Below, in pieces: positions 48,185 to 62,240 of a stretch of DNA of 64,000 nucleotides. The notes under the pieces were generated by a model. The model was not told the DNA's origin and searched no databases. It saw only the letters and a list, made by a program, of their open reading frames with translations. A program made the position numbers and the translations under genes. This stretch comes from Stegostoma tigrinum (taxonomy: Eukaryota), in contig NC_081391.1 of NCBI RefSeq assembly GCF_030684315.1, forward strand, positions 14,237,342 through 14,301,341. Direction: 5' to 3'. Numbering within the stretch: the stretch's first letter is position 1; each line of letters begins with the position of its first letter.

Positions 48185-50763
48185 AACCTACAGACAATTG
48201 ATCTGCTGTAGTGTGATATATTGGAGACACCTGGGTCTGCAGGAATGTCTTGAGCCAGTGAAGCAAGGCTTTTCCCATACCACCTCTCCTGGTCTGAAAC
48301 AAGCCAGCCCCTTTCACCAGCTGGTGGTGTGCCTGTGCCCTTCCTAGGGGGAGAATATGTTTGGAAGGTGAGAGCTGCAGGGGACCTGGTAGATAATGGA
48401 CCCTGAAAGGAGGTGGTGAATGCACTCCCCATGAAGTAGGCTGCTCTGTTCTGGATGCTGTCTGCTGTCTGCTTCTTGCATGTTGTTTTCCACTTCTCCA
48501 GTCACATGGAGAATATTCATCACTCACTGGGCTTGTGCCTGTTGGAAGGAAGTAGTTTCCAATGACATGAGGATCAAGTCCCTGTAAGCCCACTTTGGGA
48601 GGTGGGAACAGCTTTTCCTGCTGAACCAGGTGGGTTTTAATCACTGGCCAGTGTGCCAACTCAACAAGAATTGTGCTAATATAAAATCCTCACTATTCTT
48701 CACATGTCACATCATGCAACAATCCAATTAAATCACACTTTAATCCACCAAGGCAAACCGTCAAGAGCAACTTCTCACCAGGTTTCTTCCCTCAGAACAA
48801 TCCTCATCTGCTTTATGAAGCAGCCAATCAAGTGTTCACTGTTATTCCAGCTTGTTATTCAAGTGTGAATGTCAGTTTAGAATGAGTGCAAGGGGTGGGT
48901 CAAGTCTAGAATTTGACCTGTACAAATGGGTCAAATCAGGTTTTCCAGCTTCATGTTAACGAGTGACATGATCTGCAGAACAATAGTTCATCTAAAGGTC
49001 TCTCTGACCTTGCTTCAGTTTGTTTTAAGCAGTGATGCTTGTTTGCAAGTTTCTGGATGTGAGTGTGCTACATAAATGGGTGTAGAAGCCTATTGCAGTA
49101 ACAACCCAATGGCTGTCACTGGGCAGGATTTCCTTTGCAGAATCTTGGTTCCACTTTTGCTCTTTCTCCCCCCATAATGCCAACAGCATCTCTTGCAGAG
49201 CTATCATCCAATCCGATTGATCTCCAGGTTGGAGAAGACTCGCTCCCTCCTGGTTATATTATTACAGCAGTGCCCAGTGTCTGTATGTTACTTTAGCCCC
49301 AAAGGAGAAATGTAGTGTCGTGCAGCTACCCCACCCTGAGTCCATCCTGCACATCAACTCCTGGCCATTCCGCCAATTCTGTGACATCCATCAGTGGAAA
49401 CATGAATTCAGCTTTTCTCAGCATAGGCTGTGCCAGACCACCCCCACCCTGAACAATTTGATAGTGCTTTCAAACCCAAACATGGTAACTGGAGGAAGCT
49501 GGGTTTGTCTAGATTGATCCAGTTAACAGATCTGCCGGCAAATTGAACCACACTAGGTTCACAGGTCAATTTTGTGTAGCCACACTTTGACAGCTGGCTG
49601 AACCTTCAGTTTGCTTTTGAAGGATAAACCAGGTCTGCAGTTCTGAACTATATTCAGGCCCAGTGGTACATTTTAATGGGCTTTAACTTGTTCCCTCTCC
49701 CTTCCAGATGTCCTACTTTGACCGGGATGATGTTGCCCTCCCTCGTTTCTCCCGGTTCTTCAAAGATCATTCCCAGCAGAAGCAGGAACATGCGGAGAAG
49801 CTGCTGAAATTCCAGAATCAGCGTGGAGGCAGAGTCCTCCTTCAGGATGTGAAGGTTGGAGTTGGGAAGAGATGGTTGGGTGGGGTGAGGTTTCAAGTCA
49901 GTGACCAGCATGTCTCTCACTGAAAAGTGAGACATGCTACCATTTGGCTTCCCGGTTTCTCCTGAAATACCAGAAATCTCTCAAACAAGCCCTTTGGCCC
50001 ACCATGCCTATGCTGACCCAACAAACACCCAACCACATTAATCCCATCTACCTGCACTTGGACTGCAGCCCACGATGAGGTGGCATTAAGTAGTTGTCCA
50101 GATGTTGCTGGAGTAGCTGCCTTCACTCGGGTGTTGCATTTCACAAACCTACTTCTGTTTTTTAGGAGGAGTTGGAGGTGGTGGGTTTCCTCCAACCTGG
50201 AGCCTCACTTGCACCCCGTCCAGTGTTTATCCTGTCCCTGTGATTGTGGTTCTGGTCACCACACAGGCCAGGTCAAAGATGGAAGACAATGCTGCATAGT
50301 TTCTGACCAGACTTGGGCCACCCAATAGGGACAGGCATCATGTAGGCCAACTTCACCCTCTGGTTGACCTTTGCTGATCCTTGAGGGGTCAATGGTCTTG
50401 GGCACTTTGGTATCTCTGCTCCTTACCATTAAAAACCCTGCTGTCCCTTGAATGAATCAAACAGTGATGTTTCTGATCCTGCTGCTCAGACAGATATGAA
50501 ACAAATGGCACAGGTGGGACTTCAACCTGGCCCTTGTGTACCAGAACCAGGAACAGTGTCACAGCACCAAGAGCCCTTGGGATTAGGCTGTGCATGTCCT
50601 GATCCAAACTCCAGCAGATGGACACTGGTGTAATCCACACCAGGGTGCAAATTACATCCTTATCCCCATGATGACATGGTCCTGGACTTCCTCATTCAGA
50701 TCAAGGATAAATGGGGAAAGGTGAAAGCAGTACCCAAGTAACTTTGATCTTCACCTGGACCTC

Positions 50764-51020
50764 AGGGATGGCACAGTGGCTCAGTGATCAGCACTGCTGC
50801 CTCACTGCCAGGGACCCAGGTTTGGTTCTGGCCTTGGGTGAATGATTGGAATTCACATTTCTCCCTGCATGGGTTTCCTCCCACAGCCCAATGATGTGCT
50901 GGTTAGGAGGATAGGTCATGGGAAGTGAGGGGTTGCAGAATTGGGTGGGAGTCTTTTCAGGGGGTATTGATGGTCTCAATGGGCTGAATGGCCTATTCCC
51001 ATGCTGCAGGGATTCTGTTT
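50764..51020 (+). mobile_element. HE1-like SINE in intron 2 of F7
   Basis: Paralogous to 16396-16650. Confidence 0.7.
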
Positions 51021-53247
51021 CTGAAGCTTACCTGTCCTTCTCTGCATCCTCAGAAGCCAGAGAAGGATGAGTGGAGTAACAGCCTGCAGGCAATGCAGTT
51101 TGCCCTGGATCTGGAGAAGAATGTGAACCAGAGTTTGCTGGATCTACACCAACTCGCCACAGCCCAGACTGACCCCCATGTAAGCTTCACCTCCTCCTCA
51201 TTCTCATCACTGCTGGACCCTCAGGGCAACACTTCATTGGTTGACTTTGTGGTTTGGAAATTCACTGCTGAAACAGTTTTTGTCTGGATATGACATTGCT
51301 ATCACTGTATTCACTCCAGGTACAATGTCACAACTGCTCAGCCATGAGTGACATGGGGAATTTGGGTTATAATCTAGTGGGAGTGCTGAAGTGATATTGG
51401 CCACTGAATTCCCATTCGGGGCCACTCGAGTTGAAATACTTGTGTCCTCACTGGCACAAATTCTCCAGCTATCGGCTGCACTTTGAGGACTGTCTGGAGT
51501 TAGTCATGGCTGAGTCTCTTGCAGTGGGAATTCTGAAATTGTCCTGTGCCATGTTAATGCACAAGTTGTCATAATCCTCTGTTGCAGCTGTGTGACTTCC
51601 TGGAGAATCACTGTTTGGATGAGGAGGTGAGGATCATCAAGCAACTTGGGGACTACATCACCAACCTGAAGCGCCTGGGAGCCCCTGAGAATGGGATGGG
51701 AGAGTACCTGTTTGACAGGCTCTCCCTGGAGGACAGCAGTTAGTGTGGCCTGGAGTACTGTCTGTTTGGTCTGAATGCATTCCCCACTTCACCCTGGACA
51801 ACCTGTCTCCTTCCAGGGAGAAGGGACTTGGAGCAAAGAATGTAATGGTTGTACCAGCTGAATGGGAATGAATAAAATGATGTGTTGATCTTGCTTATTG
51901 CCCATCATTCAGAGCCCTGTATAATTTTGGTAGTTATTCTGAGAGATTGAAGCATTTTAATTTTTCTACTGTTTGACTGGTTGATCAAATTACTAATTGG
52001 GCTAAACATTTCCTTGTTTCGACACTCAATCCAATCCGTACTCTGTCAGACAAGGATACCAAGAGCAACTCGCTCTGACCTATCAATCAATGATGTTCCT
52101 CCAAACGGAACTTGAGGATATTGGGTTTGTCGGGTGCAACTTGCTCTTCACTGTCTTGTTTTTTTTCAAAAAAAACTACACTTCTGGATGCGATCCATAC
52201 TATGGAAGGAAAGAAACTCCCTTTTTGGGAAAGGGAGTTCTGCTGCTCTGCCGACGGGAAGAGGAGACACCCAGTCTCGGGATTCTCTGACAGTCCTCTT
52301 TCCACATTCACCTTGTCTGTCCAAGAGCTTTCGCTCACCCCTCCCCTACTAAATGGTACTAGCACCGTTAATATTCACCTGCAGATGTGGCTTCGGGTTA
52401 TTGGGATGAGCTAAGGTTCAAACCAACCTTGGGACATGTACTATTAGTTGCGGGGTTTTTCCTTCCCCGCTCACCCCCCTGACCCTCCTCTGATCTTACT
52501 GTTAGCAATTGGGCATGTTGGCCAGCTCATCCCTCCTTCGTCTCAGATAAATATGCTGGTCCTACTGGTCGCTTTGATTCACGACCCACTGCAATCAGGG
52601 AGTCAATCCCCCCGTGCGGGCATGTTTCCCATAAACAACCCCAAGTTGTCCTGATGTGGCTTGTTCATTCCTCTTTGCCTGTTTATCGGATTCTCTCCAA
52701 CAAACAGCCACTTCAGAATCAGCACGTTGTCTGATTGCCACCTACAGCAGGAGAGGAGTGGCCTGGGAGTAACACAGCAACACTCATGGTTACAGGCTGC
52801 TGTTTGATTGGCTCTTGCTGCTACAGCCAGCGTTGAGCGCACTCAGCTGCTCCCTATGTTCCTCTGAGCTTCCCCTGTGCTGCAGGTTGCCTTGACTCAG
52901 TGATGGTGAACGAGCAGTGATTTCTGTTCAACTTGGGAATGGTGTGACTGAGGGAGGAAACCTGGAGCTGCATACCATCCTGTACGGCTGTTTACTTTAT
53001 CGTTCGAGCTGTCACACATTCTGGGGATTACCTCTGACTTTTGCAGCTCCTGTGCAATGTAGCCTTTGGAGAGGACATGGCTCTTATGTGACTGAACATA
53101 TCTGTTACGTGACAGAAATCCTTTTAATTTGGAGCAATCTTAATTCTTGTCATTAAGTCCCTGTTGTCCAGGAAGCGGCCATTTGGCCAGTGCAGCGTCG
53201 ACACTCTACACCCATCCTGTTCAGACCCACTCCATTCCCTTAACACT

Positions 53248-53815
53248 GGTTCCCATGGCTAATTCAGCTAGCCCCTTGTCATTCAGCAATTTAGCGTTGC
53301 CGATCCACTTAACCTGAAAATTGTTGGACCGTGGGAGAAAACTGGAGAACCTGGGAGACACGGGGAGAAAATGCAAACTCCAGACAGATAGTTCCCGAAG
53401 GCTGTAATGGAACGTAGGACCTTGTCACTGGGCGGTAACCGTGCTAACCACTGAGCCGCTATCACACCCTAATGTACCAAACAAAGGAATATGCTGTTGC
53501 AGATCATGAGAGTCCCAGAGGCATACAGCATGGAAACAGGCCCTTCAGCCCAGCCTGTCCACGCCAACCACGTTTCCACTACTGAACAAGTCCCACTTGC
53601 CCACGTTTTGCCCATATTCCTCCAAACCAAATCTGTAAATGGAAACATCTAAATGTCTCTTCAATGTTATAATTGTAAACACTTCTACCACTTCCTCTGG
53701 CAGTTCATGCCATACACACACACCATCGTCTCAGTGAAAATGTCCCTTTTAAATCTTTCCCCTCTCCCCTCTCCTCTCAAACCGATGCCCTCTAGTTTTG
53801 GACTCCCCTACCCTG
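53248..53815 (-). mobile_element. Spacer module: HE1-like SINE plus CR1 3'-end fragment
   Basis: Paralogous to 29845-30410. Confidence 0.7.
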
Positions 53816-54926
53816 TCCCAGCAAGCTTTTTTTCTACAGTCAATCTTGAGTGTGCCAATGGCAAGGCTACATTTAGTGCTCAGCAACTGTTACACTTCAG
53901 GAGGTGGTGATGAGCTGCTTATTACAGTCCACCTGGTGTAGGAGAGACCGGAATGATGTTGCTGCTGCTGCTGAGGAGGGGCTTCTGGGATTTTCATTCG
54001 CAAACACTGATATTGTTCCAAGTCAGGATGGTGACAGAGTTACATGGAGTTGCTTGACTGTTGCTGGGTCAACATGCAATCAGAAAATTGTACAGTGTTC
54101 CATCACGCTTCCTAACTTCAGTCTTCTCGATAGTGGGCAGGCTTTGGGAAGTCAGGAGTTCAGCAATTCACAACAGAATTCCCAGCCTCGGGAAATTGAA
54201 ATCAGCATTGAAACTTGTGGGTCAATCCAATCAGATAGTGCTAGATTGCAATCTGCTTTTGAGGCTGGGAGGCCAGTTGCTCAGCTCCACAATCTAGACA
54301 ATGCAATGTAACCAGAACCAGAAACTCTCACTTGGAAAGACGCTTCAATTGAGGGCGAGTTCTGTTTTGAAAAATTAAAAACTGCACATGGACATAGAAG
54401 TGTTCAACGTGCGATACATTTCCTGCAGCAATTCAGTAGAAAGGCCTGAGGCCTACCGTGTACCTGAAGCACTCAGCACATTTAGCATTTTGGTTTTCAA
54501 ACCGTGCTTCCTCAGACCCAAGTCCAAACAGATCACAGTAGATACAGAATGAATCCACAAAGTAGATTGTTTTTCTGTATTAGATGGTCCAAAAGCATAT
54601 GAATTCTGTTGACACACTCAATGGGAAAATTTTACTGTTAACAAAATCTAGTCATTTTTCAATGGGCTACAAATCTGTGATTCAAAAGGTACAAAGACTA
54701 ATCCCTCAGAGTCACAAACCGACAGAATTCAGCAAATCTGTGATGAGCGTGTCTTAACACATAACCTCAGATACAAAGGTAAAGGTTCAGAGTCTATTTT
54801 GTTCTCATTTTCAGGGAGATGTACTTCCACAATTTGTATTTATGCTGGAAGCCAAAGGTCAGTCAGCAATTCCATCATCGACCAGTTGTCAATTCTGATC
54901 GGTTTCTGGATCCAATTCCCATCCTG

Positions 54927-55034
54927 CACTGATTGGACGTGGCAGCTGATCAATTGATTAACAAGAGTGATTGGCCATCACTGATGATGCCATTTCCTGC
55001 TTCATAAAATGAGAGTCTGCTCCTGGAGTATAAG
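54927..55034 (+). promoter_or_regulatory. Putative core promoter of F8
   Basis: Same block, with TGATGCCA and TATAAG at 55029. Confidence 0.6.
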
Positions 55035-55133
55035 TAATGCCCCAAGGAGGTTATGTTTTCTTGTCTTGTTGATCTTGGTTCTAAATTGGTCACTTTTGTA
55101 GTGAAGAGAGTCAAACAAACTCCTCATCACAAG

Positions 55134-58100
55134 ATGGCCTCCCAGATTAGTCAGAATTACCACCAGGATTGTGAAGCTGCTGTCAACAAGCAGATCAATG
55201 TGGAGCTCACTGCCTCCTATCTCTATCAGTCTTTGGTGAGTGTTGCCTCTCAGGGGTTTAACATTTAAACTATCATGTCAAAGTGACTGGTTTCCCTTGT
55301 TTCTAACTAACCTGATATTCTTGTACACTGACTGTAATTGTTCTTAACTGAACTGCAATTCAGGATGAATGTGATGTTTCCATAGCAATGGGCTATGGGA
55401 CTGATGCCCCACTTGGCCTGCAGTGACACATTGAGGTGAAGTGTTCTTGGTGTTCTCAGACTCCCTTAGACTGTTGTGACTGGCAGTAACTGTTACTCCC
55501 TCATTCGGGTTGTTGAAAGTGGAGGTTTGTTAGGCCTGTTCCTGGGGTTGCATGATCTAGTGTATTGGTGCTACTGGAATGTCTGGAGATTTTTCACTCT
55601 ATAACAGTGAAGAAATGGAGATTCTGCTGTCATGCTGGCCATATTTGAAACTGGCCTCTTTCGTCAGTTGGTGCTGTGCCTGTGACCACCTGAAAAATAG
55701 TCTCATTTGTAGGTGAGAGAGATAATAGCAAGTGCAGATGCAGGAGAATCTGTTTATAACAAGGTGTCGAGCGAGAATAACAGCAGGCCAAGTGGCACCT
55801 TAAGAGCAGGAAAGCTCCTGTTTCAGGACTAAAGGGTCTCGCCCCGAAACATGAGCTTTCCTGCACTGAAGATGCCACTTGGCTGGCTGTGTTGTTCCAG
55901 CTCTAAACCTTGTTATCTTGGATTTATGTATGCAAGGTGTTATTCTTTTTTTCAGTGAGGGGAAAACATCATGCCTTGCGATTGCCTCATGTTTGTTTTT
56001 TATTCTCCAGTAGGATTGACTGTCGAACAGTACAGGCCCTTCAGCCCTCGCCGTTGTGCTGACCTGTCATACCGATCTGAAGCCCATCTAAGCTACACTA
56101 TTCCATATGTGTCCATGTGCTCATCTAATGATGACTTAAATGTACCTCAAGTTGGCGAATCTACAACCGTTGCAGGCAAAGCATTCCATTCCCTTCCTAC
56201 TCTGAGTTAAGAAACTACCTTTTGACATCTGTCCTATATCTTCCAACCCTCAGTTTAAAGGTAGGCCCCCTCATGCTTGCAGTCACCATCCTAGGAAGAA
56301 GCCTTTCCCTATCTAACCCTCTGAATATTTTGTCTCAATTATGTCTCCTCTCAACGTTCATCTCTCTCTGTTGAAAACAGCCTCAAGCCCCTCTGCCTTT
56401 CCTTGTAAGATGTTCCCTCCATACCAGGCAACATCCTAGTAAATCTCCTCTGCACCCTTTCCAAAGCTTCCACATCCTCCTTATAATGCAGTGACCAGAA
56501 CTGTACGCAATACTCAGTGTGGCCACACCAGAGTTTTGTACAGCTGCAGCATAACCTCTTGGTTCCAGAAAACAATCCCTCAATTAATAAAAGCCGAAAC
56601 ACAATGCCTGAACAGCCCTGTCAACCTGGGTGGCAACTTTCAAGGACCTGTGTACATGGACACCGAGATCTCTTTGCTCATCGACACCACCAAGAATCTT
56701 ACCATTAGCCCAGTACTTTGCCTTCTGGTTACTCCAACAAAGTGCATCACCTTACACTTGGCTGCATTAAACTCCATTTGCCACCTCTCAGCCCAACTCT
56801 GCAGCTTATCTCTGTCTCTCTGTAACCTACAGCATCCTTCGTCATTATCCGCAACTCCACCTTAGTGTCGTCTGCAAATTTATTAACCCATCCTTCTACG
56901 CCCTCATCCAGGGCATTTATAAAAATGACAAACAGCAGTGGACCCAGAACCGACCCTTGCGGTCCATGACTAGTAACTGGTCTCCAGGATGAACACTTTG
57001 CATCAAGTACCACCCTCTGACTTCTTTCAGCAAGCCAATTTTCAATCCAAACTGCTATATCTACCACAATCCCATTCCTCTACACTTTGTACAATAGTCT
57101 ATTGTGGGGAATGTTATCCAAGGCTTTGCTGAAATCCATATACACATCAACCGGTTTACTCTCATCTACTTGTTTGGTCACCTTCTCAAAGATTGAGGGT
57201 CTGAGTGGCCTAATCCTGTTTGTTCTGTTAACAGTTTTTGTTTCTTTGGTTTTTTAACTTTCTTTAAAAATGAACCAGTGTCTTCAGGATTGCCTCTAAT
57301 TATTTTGAACTGAGTAGAAGCTGTCACTTTGTCACAAGCTCCAACTTCATGTTCAGCATGGAACCAAGTTTAAATCTACATCTGCATGACTGACTGACCA
57401 ACACTCGCTTCTCTCCCGTCCCCATATACCGGAGGTTTAACACCTTTATTGAATAGTCAGCCTGATCGGGAAGGCTCGCTTCTTCTCTCCACTGAGACTG
57501 AACTGTGGCCAGTGATGTGTTTAATGGGCTTTTGGCTGTTTTCTGTTCCAGATGTCCTACTTTGACCAGGACGATGTTGCCCTCCCCCATTTCTCCCAGT
57601 TCTTCAAACATCAGTCCCAGGAGAAGCAGGAACATGCAGAGAAGCTGCTGAAATTCCAGAATCAGCGTGGAGGCCGGGTCCTCCTCCAGGATGTGAAGGT
57701 TAGAGTTGGCAATATATGGCTGCTCTTGTCATGTGGCTTCAAGTCATCAGTGGCAGGATGTTTGCCTCCTCTCAGGAGAGTGAAGAGTTCTTTCAGTTTG
57801 GTTTCTAAGTTTCATCTCCTCGAAGTCATGCAGTGTATGGGAAAAGCCACTTGCCCCCCCATAAACAGAACTACACTCATCTGACTTGCTTGCACTTGGT
57901 CCACAGATGACTATACCCTGGCATGAAGTACATGTCCAGATACTGCTGGAGTTGCTATCTCCACTGCCATCTCTTCCCCTCCCCACCCAGACCACGGTTC
58001 AACTCGTATCTTGATCAGCCTCCTTTTTGGGAAAGTGGTTTCCTATAATTGCCCCTCTATAACCTGCTTACTCCTCAAACCTGTGCTCTCTGGTCTGTCT

Positions 58101-59477
58101 TCCTCATGGCCCACATTCTCCCCATCTCCTGTCCCAACTTCCCTCTGCTAACTGCCTCAGCCTGTTTGTCCTCCAGGGAAAACCCCAGCCAATCCAACAC
58201 CTCAATGGATTTTCCACCTGAGGGACCTTCCTGCTCTTCTGATAGTGGTCCTGTTCACAACACCATTGCTTCTTTGACGTGGCCAAAATTTGAGTGGGAG
58301 AAGAAATGGCTGCCCTTGGGGTGTGGCTTACATTCATCAGTAACAGGATGATGACATCCTGAAGGCAGGCGCAGGAAGTGAAGTGCTTCTGTCTTTCACC
58401 CATCATTCTAACTACATCTTGTGCAAGAACTATACTGTCTAAATTCTGCGTGATAATCTCAAACACGCTCCTTTGTTCCTGGCTTCGGTGAAATCAAACG
58501 TACACTCGGGTCGAAAGTTCAAGGTCTGCTGCTAATAACGTGGCTGGACTCTTTTAGTTTTAAAGCAGTTCTGTTTGTACCAAGTACAATCAGACAAGAT
58601 CTGTGTGTCTGTGTGCTCCTACCATTAGACATGACGACAATGATTGCTTTCCCTTTACATGAAGGGTCAAGGTTCAATTGTTGGACAAGGGTGCTGCATG
58701 TAATGGGGAACAGTGAGGTTTGTCCTGGAGCTTAGCTGTCCTTCTTTCCATCCTCAGAAGCCAGAGAGGGATGAGTGGAGTAACAGCCTGCAGGCAATGC
58801 AGGTTGCCCTGGATCTGGAGAAGAATGTGAACCAGAGTTTGCTGGATCTACACCAACTCGCCACTGCCCAGACTGACCCTCATGTAAGCTTCACCTCCTC
58901 CTCATTGTCATCACTGCTACACCCTCAGGGCAACACTTCATTGATTGGTCTTTGTGGTTTGGAAATTCACTGCTGTAACACTTTGCCTGGATGACATTGG
59001 ACCTGTAGTGATCATGCTGAGGATCTGTGTTCACAGTTGTTAAAATGAGAATTTGGATCCTTATCTGGAAGGAGTGTTGAACTGATACTGGCCACTGAAT
59101 TCTCGTTTAGTATCATTGTCCGTCACAATCCACCTCCAATCCATTTCACAAACAGCAAGACGGAGCAGCTGAAATCCTATTGTCCTCACTGCCAAATATT
59201 CTCCAGGTGCTGGCTTGATTTTTTTCAGGGCTGTTGAGAGTGGGTATGGTGAAATGTTTTGCAGTGGGAATTCTGAATTTGTCTTTAATAGTGATCACAA
59301 TTTCTCATTCTGCTGTTGCAGCTGTGTGACTTCCTGGAGACCCACGATTTGGATGAGGAGGTGGAGATCATCAAGCAACTTGGGGACGACATCACCAACC
59401 TGAAGCGCCTGGGAGCCCCTGAGAATGGGATGGGAGAGTACCTGTTTGACAGGCTCTCCCTGGAGGACAGCAGTTAG
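55134..59477 (+). CDS. Ferritin subunit, copy F8 (open frame, 176 aa, two Tyr>Asp changes)
   Basis: Exons 55134-55235, 57552-57698, 58758-58883 and 59322-59477, with canonical splice sites. Exon 4 reads [33 protein letters not shown] at 59604-59609. Confidence 0.9.
56010..57190 (-). mobile_element. CR1-clade LINE 3' fragment (RT) in intron 1 of F8, same insertion as in F5
   Basis: ORFs 56747-57067 ([19 protein letters not shown]) and 56351-56602 (EYCVQFWS...[15 protein letters not shown]). Junctions match F5. Confidence 0.9.
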
Positions 59478-59984
59478 TGTGGCCTGGAGTACTGTCTGCT
59501 TGGTCTGAATGCATTCCCCACTTCACCCTGGGCAATCTGTCTCCTTTCAGGGAGAAGGGGCTTGTCGCAAAGAATGTAATGGCTGTACCAGCTGAATGGA
59601 ATGAATAAAATGATGTATTGATCTTGCTTATTGTCCCTCATTCAGATTATTAAATATTTTGGGAGATGTCACTTGAGCTTGAAGCCTGTTTATCTTTCTC
59701 TAATTTGGCTGATCCAATTAGTAAATGGACTCAGCAAAACTTCTAGGTCTTACCCCATCCCCTGAATGTTGGAAAGTAGCAAGATGGAGTTCCTTGTTGT
59801 GGTCCCAAAGAAATTCAAGATATTCTCCTCAAATAGGTGAAGTTGGTGGTTTGTCAATTGTGGGGTGGCACTTCTTCTGGAGGACAACTGGCACATTTCT
59901 GGCTACGGGCCATTCAGATCATTAAAATCTGCATTGACACTATGAACAGCATCATGTTCAGTTCTTCCCCCCCCCCCCCAGCCC

Positions 59985-60585
59985 CCCCATTTCCCATGGC
60001 TAATTTACCCAGACTGTATGACCCCTTGTCACTATTGGCAATTTAGCACGGCCAGTACACCTACTCCACATGTTGTTTGACTGTGGTGGGAGACTGGAAC
60101 AGGTGAAGGAAATCCACACAGACATGAGGCAAATGTATAAACTCTGCTCAGACAGTTTTCCCCCAGGCTAGAATCAACCTTGGGCTCCTGGTGTGGTGAG
60201 GTAACAGTGCTAACCGCTGAGGCCCCTTCACCCCGTGAAGTACCAAACAAAGGAGGAGGAGGCTGTTGCAAAGTCAGAGCCATCCATCATGGAAATAGAC
60301 TCTTAAGCACAACATGTCCTTGCTGACCAGGTTTCCACAAATTGTGTCGTGCTATTTGCCTACTTGCTGTCCAAATCCCTCTTAAATAGTTAAATCCCTC
60401 TAAATCGTTCTATCCCATATACATGTCCAAAGTCTTGAAATTGCACCCAAACCTATCGTTTCTGTTGGCAACTTCTTCCAGACACGCACCGCCCTCTTTG
60501 TCAAAACGTTCCCCCTCAGTCCCTTTTAAATCTTTTCCCCTCTCCCCTCAAACCGATGCCCTCTAGTTTTGGACTCCCCTACCCT
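59985..60585 (-). mobile_element. Spacer module: HE1-like SINE plus CR1 3'-end fragment
   Basis: Paralogous to 10505-11090. Confidence 0.65.
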
Positions 60586-61048
60586 GTCCCAGCATGCTTT
60601 TTATATACAGTCAATCTTGAGTGTGCCAAGGGCTAGGCAACATTTTGTGTTCAGCAACTGTTACACTTCAGGAGCTGGTGATGAGCTGGTTATTACAGTC
60701 CACCTGGTGTGGGGGAGTCCGGAATGATGCTGCTGCTGAGGAGGGGCTTCTAGGATTTTCATTCTCAAACAGGGATAGTGTTCCTGGCGATAGATTTACT
60801 TCAAGCTGCTTGAGTGAGGTAGGGGCTGCACTGAGCCAGAAAATTCTGAACTGTTCCATAAATATTCATTAACACATCCTGACCCCAATGTTATACATGG
60901 TGGACAGGCTTTGGAAAGTCAAAAGTTGAATACTTTGGAACAGAGTTCCCAGCCTGTGACCTACCAGTTTCTGAGCTGTATGTTCAGCAGAATGCAATGT
61001 AAACAGCACCAGACACTGTCTGCTCAGAAACAGACTGGAGTTAAGCGC

Positions 61049-61249
61049 TAACACGGTGGAGCTGGATGAACACAGCAGGCCAGGAAGCATCAGAGGATCA
61101 GGAAAAGCTGATGATTCAGATAGGGACCCTTCTTCAGTAAAGGAAGATTCAGCACATTTCTGAAGAAGCTTCCTGACCCGAAACATCAGCTTTCCTGCTC
61201 CTCTGATGCTGCCTGGCCTGCTGTGTGCATCCAGTTCCACATTGTGTTA
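61049..61249. repeat. About 200-bp palindromic element, paralog of 11546-11746
   Basis: Nearly identical to 11546-11746. Confidence 0.8.
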
Positions 61250-62240
61250 TCTCTGACTCCAGCAACAGCAGTTCTTACTATCCGTGAGGAAGTTCAGCGC
61301 TGGTCATCCTCGAAGTGATTAAAAACTGAACACGGAGATAAAAGTGCTGAACGTGCAGTATAATTCTCACAGCTATCTCCTGGTCCATTTACGTATAGAG
61401 CCTGAGGCCTGTTGTGTGTCTGAGACACTCAGCACCTTTCGCATTTTGATTTTTCAATCTGGCCTACTCAGATCCACAGTCGACGAGATCTCGGCAGATT
61501 CAGAATGGATCCACGATGTACATCAGTTGTCTGTACTAAATGGTCCGAAAGCACATGGATTCTGTTGCTGTAGCTCAATAGGAAAATGTTTACTGTTGAC
61601 AAAATCTGGCCATTTCTCACTGGGCTCCAACACTGTTGTTCAAAAGGTACAAAGACTAATCCCTCAGAGTAACAAACTGACAGAATTCAGCAAATCTGTG
61701 ATGAGTGTTTATTAAGAAATAGCCTCAGATACAAAAGTGAAGTTTTAGAGTGTATTTTATTCTCATTTTCAGGGAGATGTACTTCCAGAATTTGCACTTG
61801 TGCAGGAGGTCAATCAGCAATTCCATCATCGACCAGTTGTCAATTCTGTGCTTCCTCAGACCCAAGTCCAAACAGATCACAGTAGATACAGAATGAATCC
61901 ACAAAGTAGATTGTTTTTCTGTATTAAATGGTCCAAAAGCATATGGGCTCCGTTGATGCACAGCAATGGGAAAATTTTACTGTTAACAAAACCTCGTCAT
62001 TTTTCAATCGGCTACAAATCTGTGATTCAAAACCGACAGAATTCAGCAAATCTGTGATGAGCGTGTCTTAACACATAACCTCAGATACAAAGGTAAAGGT
62101 TCAGAGTCTATTTTATTCTCATTTTCAGGGAGATGTACTTCCAGAATTTGTACTTATGCTGGAGGTCAAAGGTCATTCCGCAATTCCATCATCGACCAGT
62201 TGTCAATTCTGATCATTTTCTGGATCCAATTCCCATCCTG

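Larger units (their letters stand above)
47244..51743 (+). pseudogene. Ferritin copy F7, start codon lost (ATG>TTG)
   Basis: Exons 47244-47345, 49708-49854, 51054-51179 and 51588-51743. It reads cacaagTTGgcc where the other copies read ATGgcc. The rest of the frame is open, with ENHCLD replacing ETHYLD. AATAAA at 51871-51876. Confidence 0.75.

Noticed and set aside
48004-48659. Minus-strand ORFs with a poly-ER tract (142 and 206 aa)
   Set aside because: They are translations of the (CT)n microsatellite and intron sequence, and the frame is not kept in sister introns.
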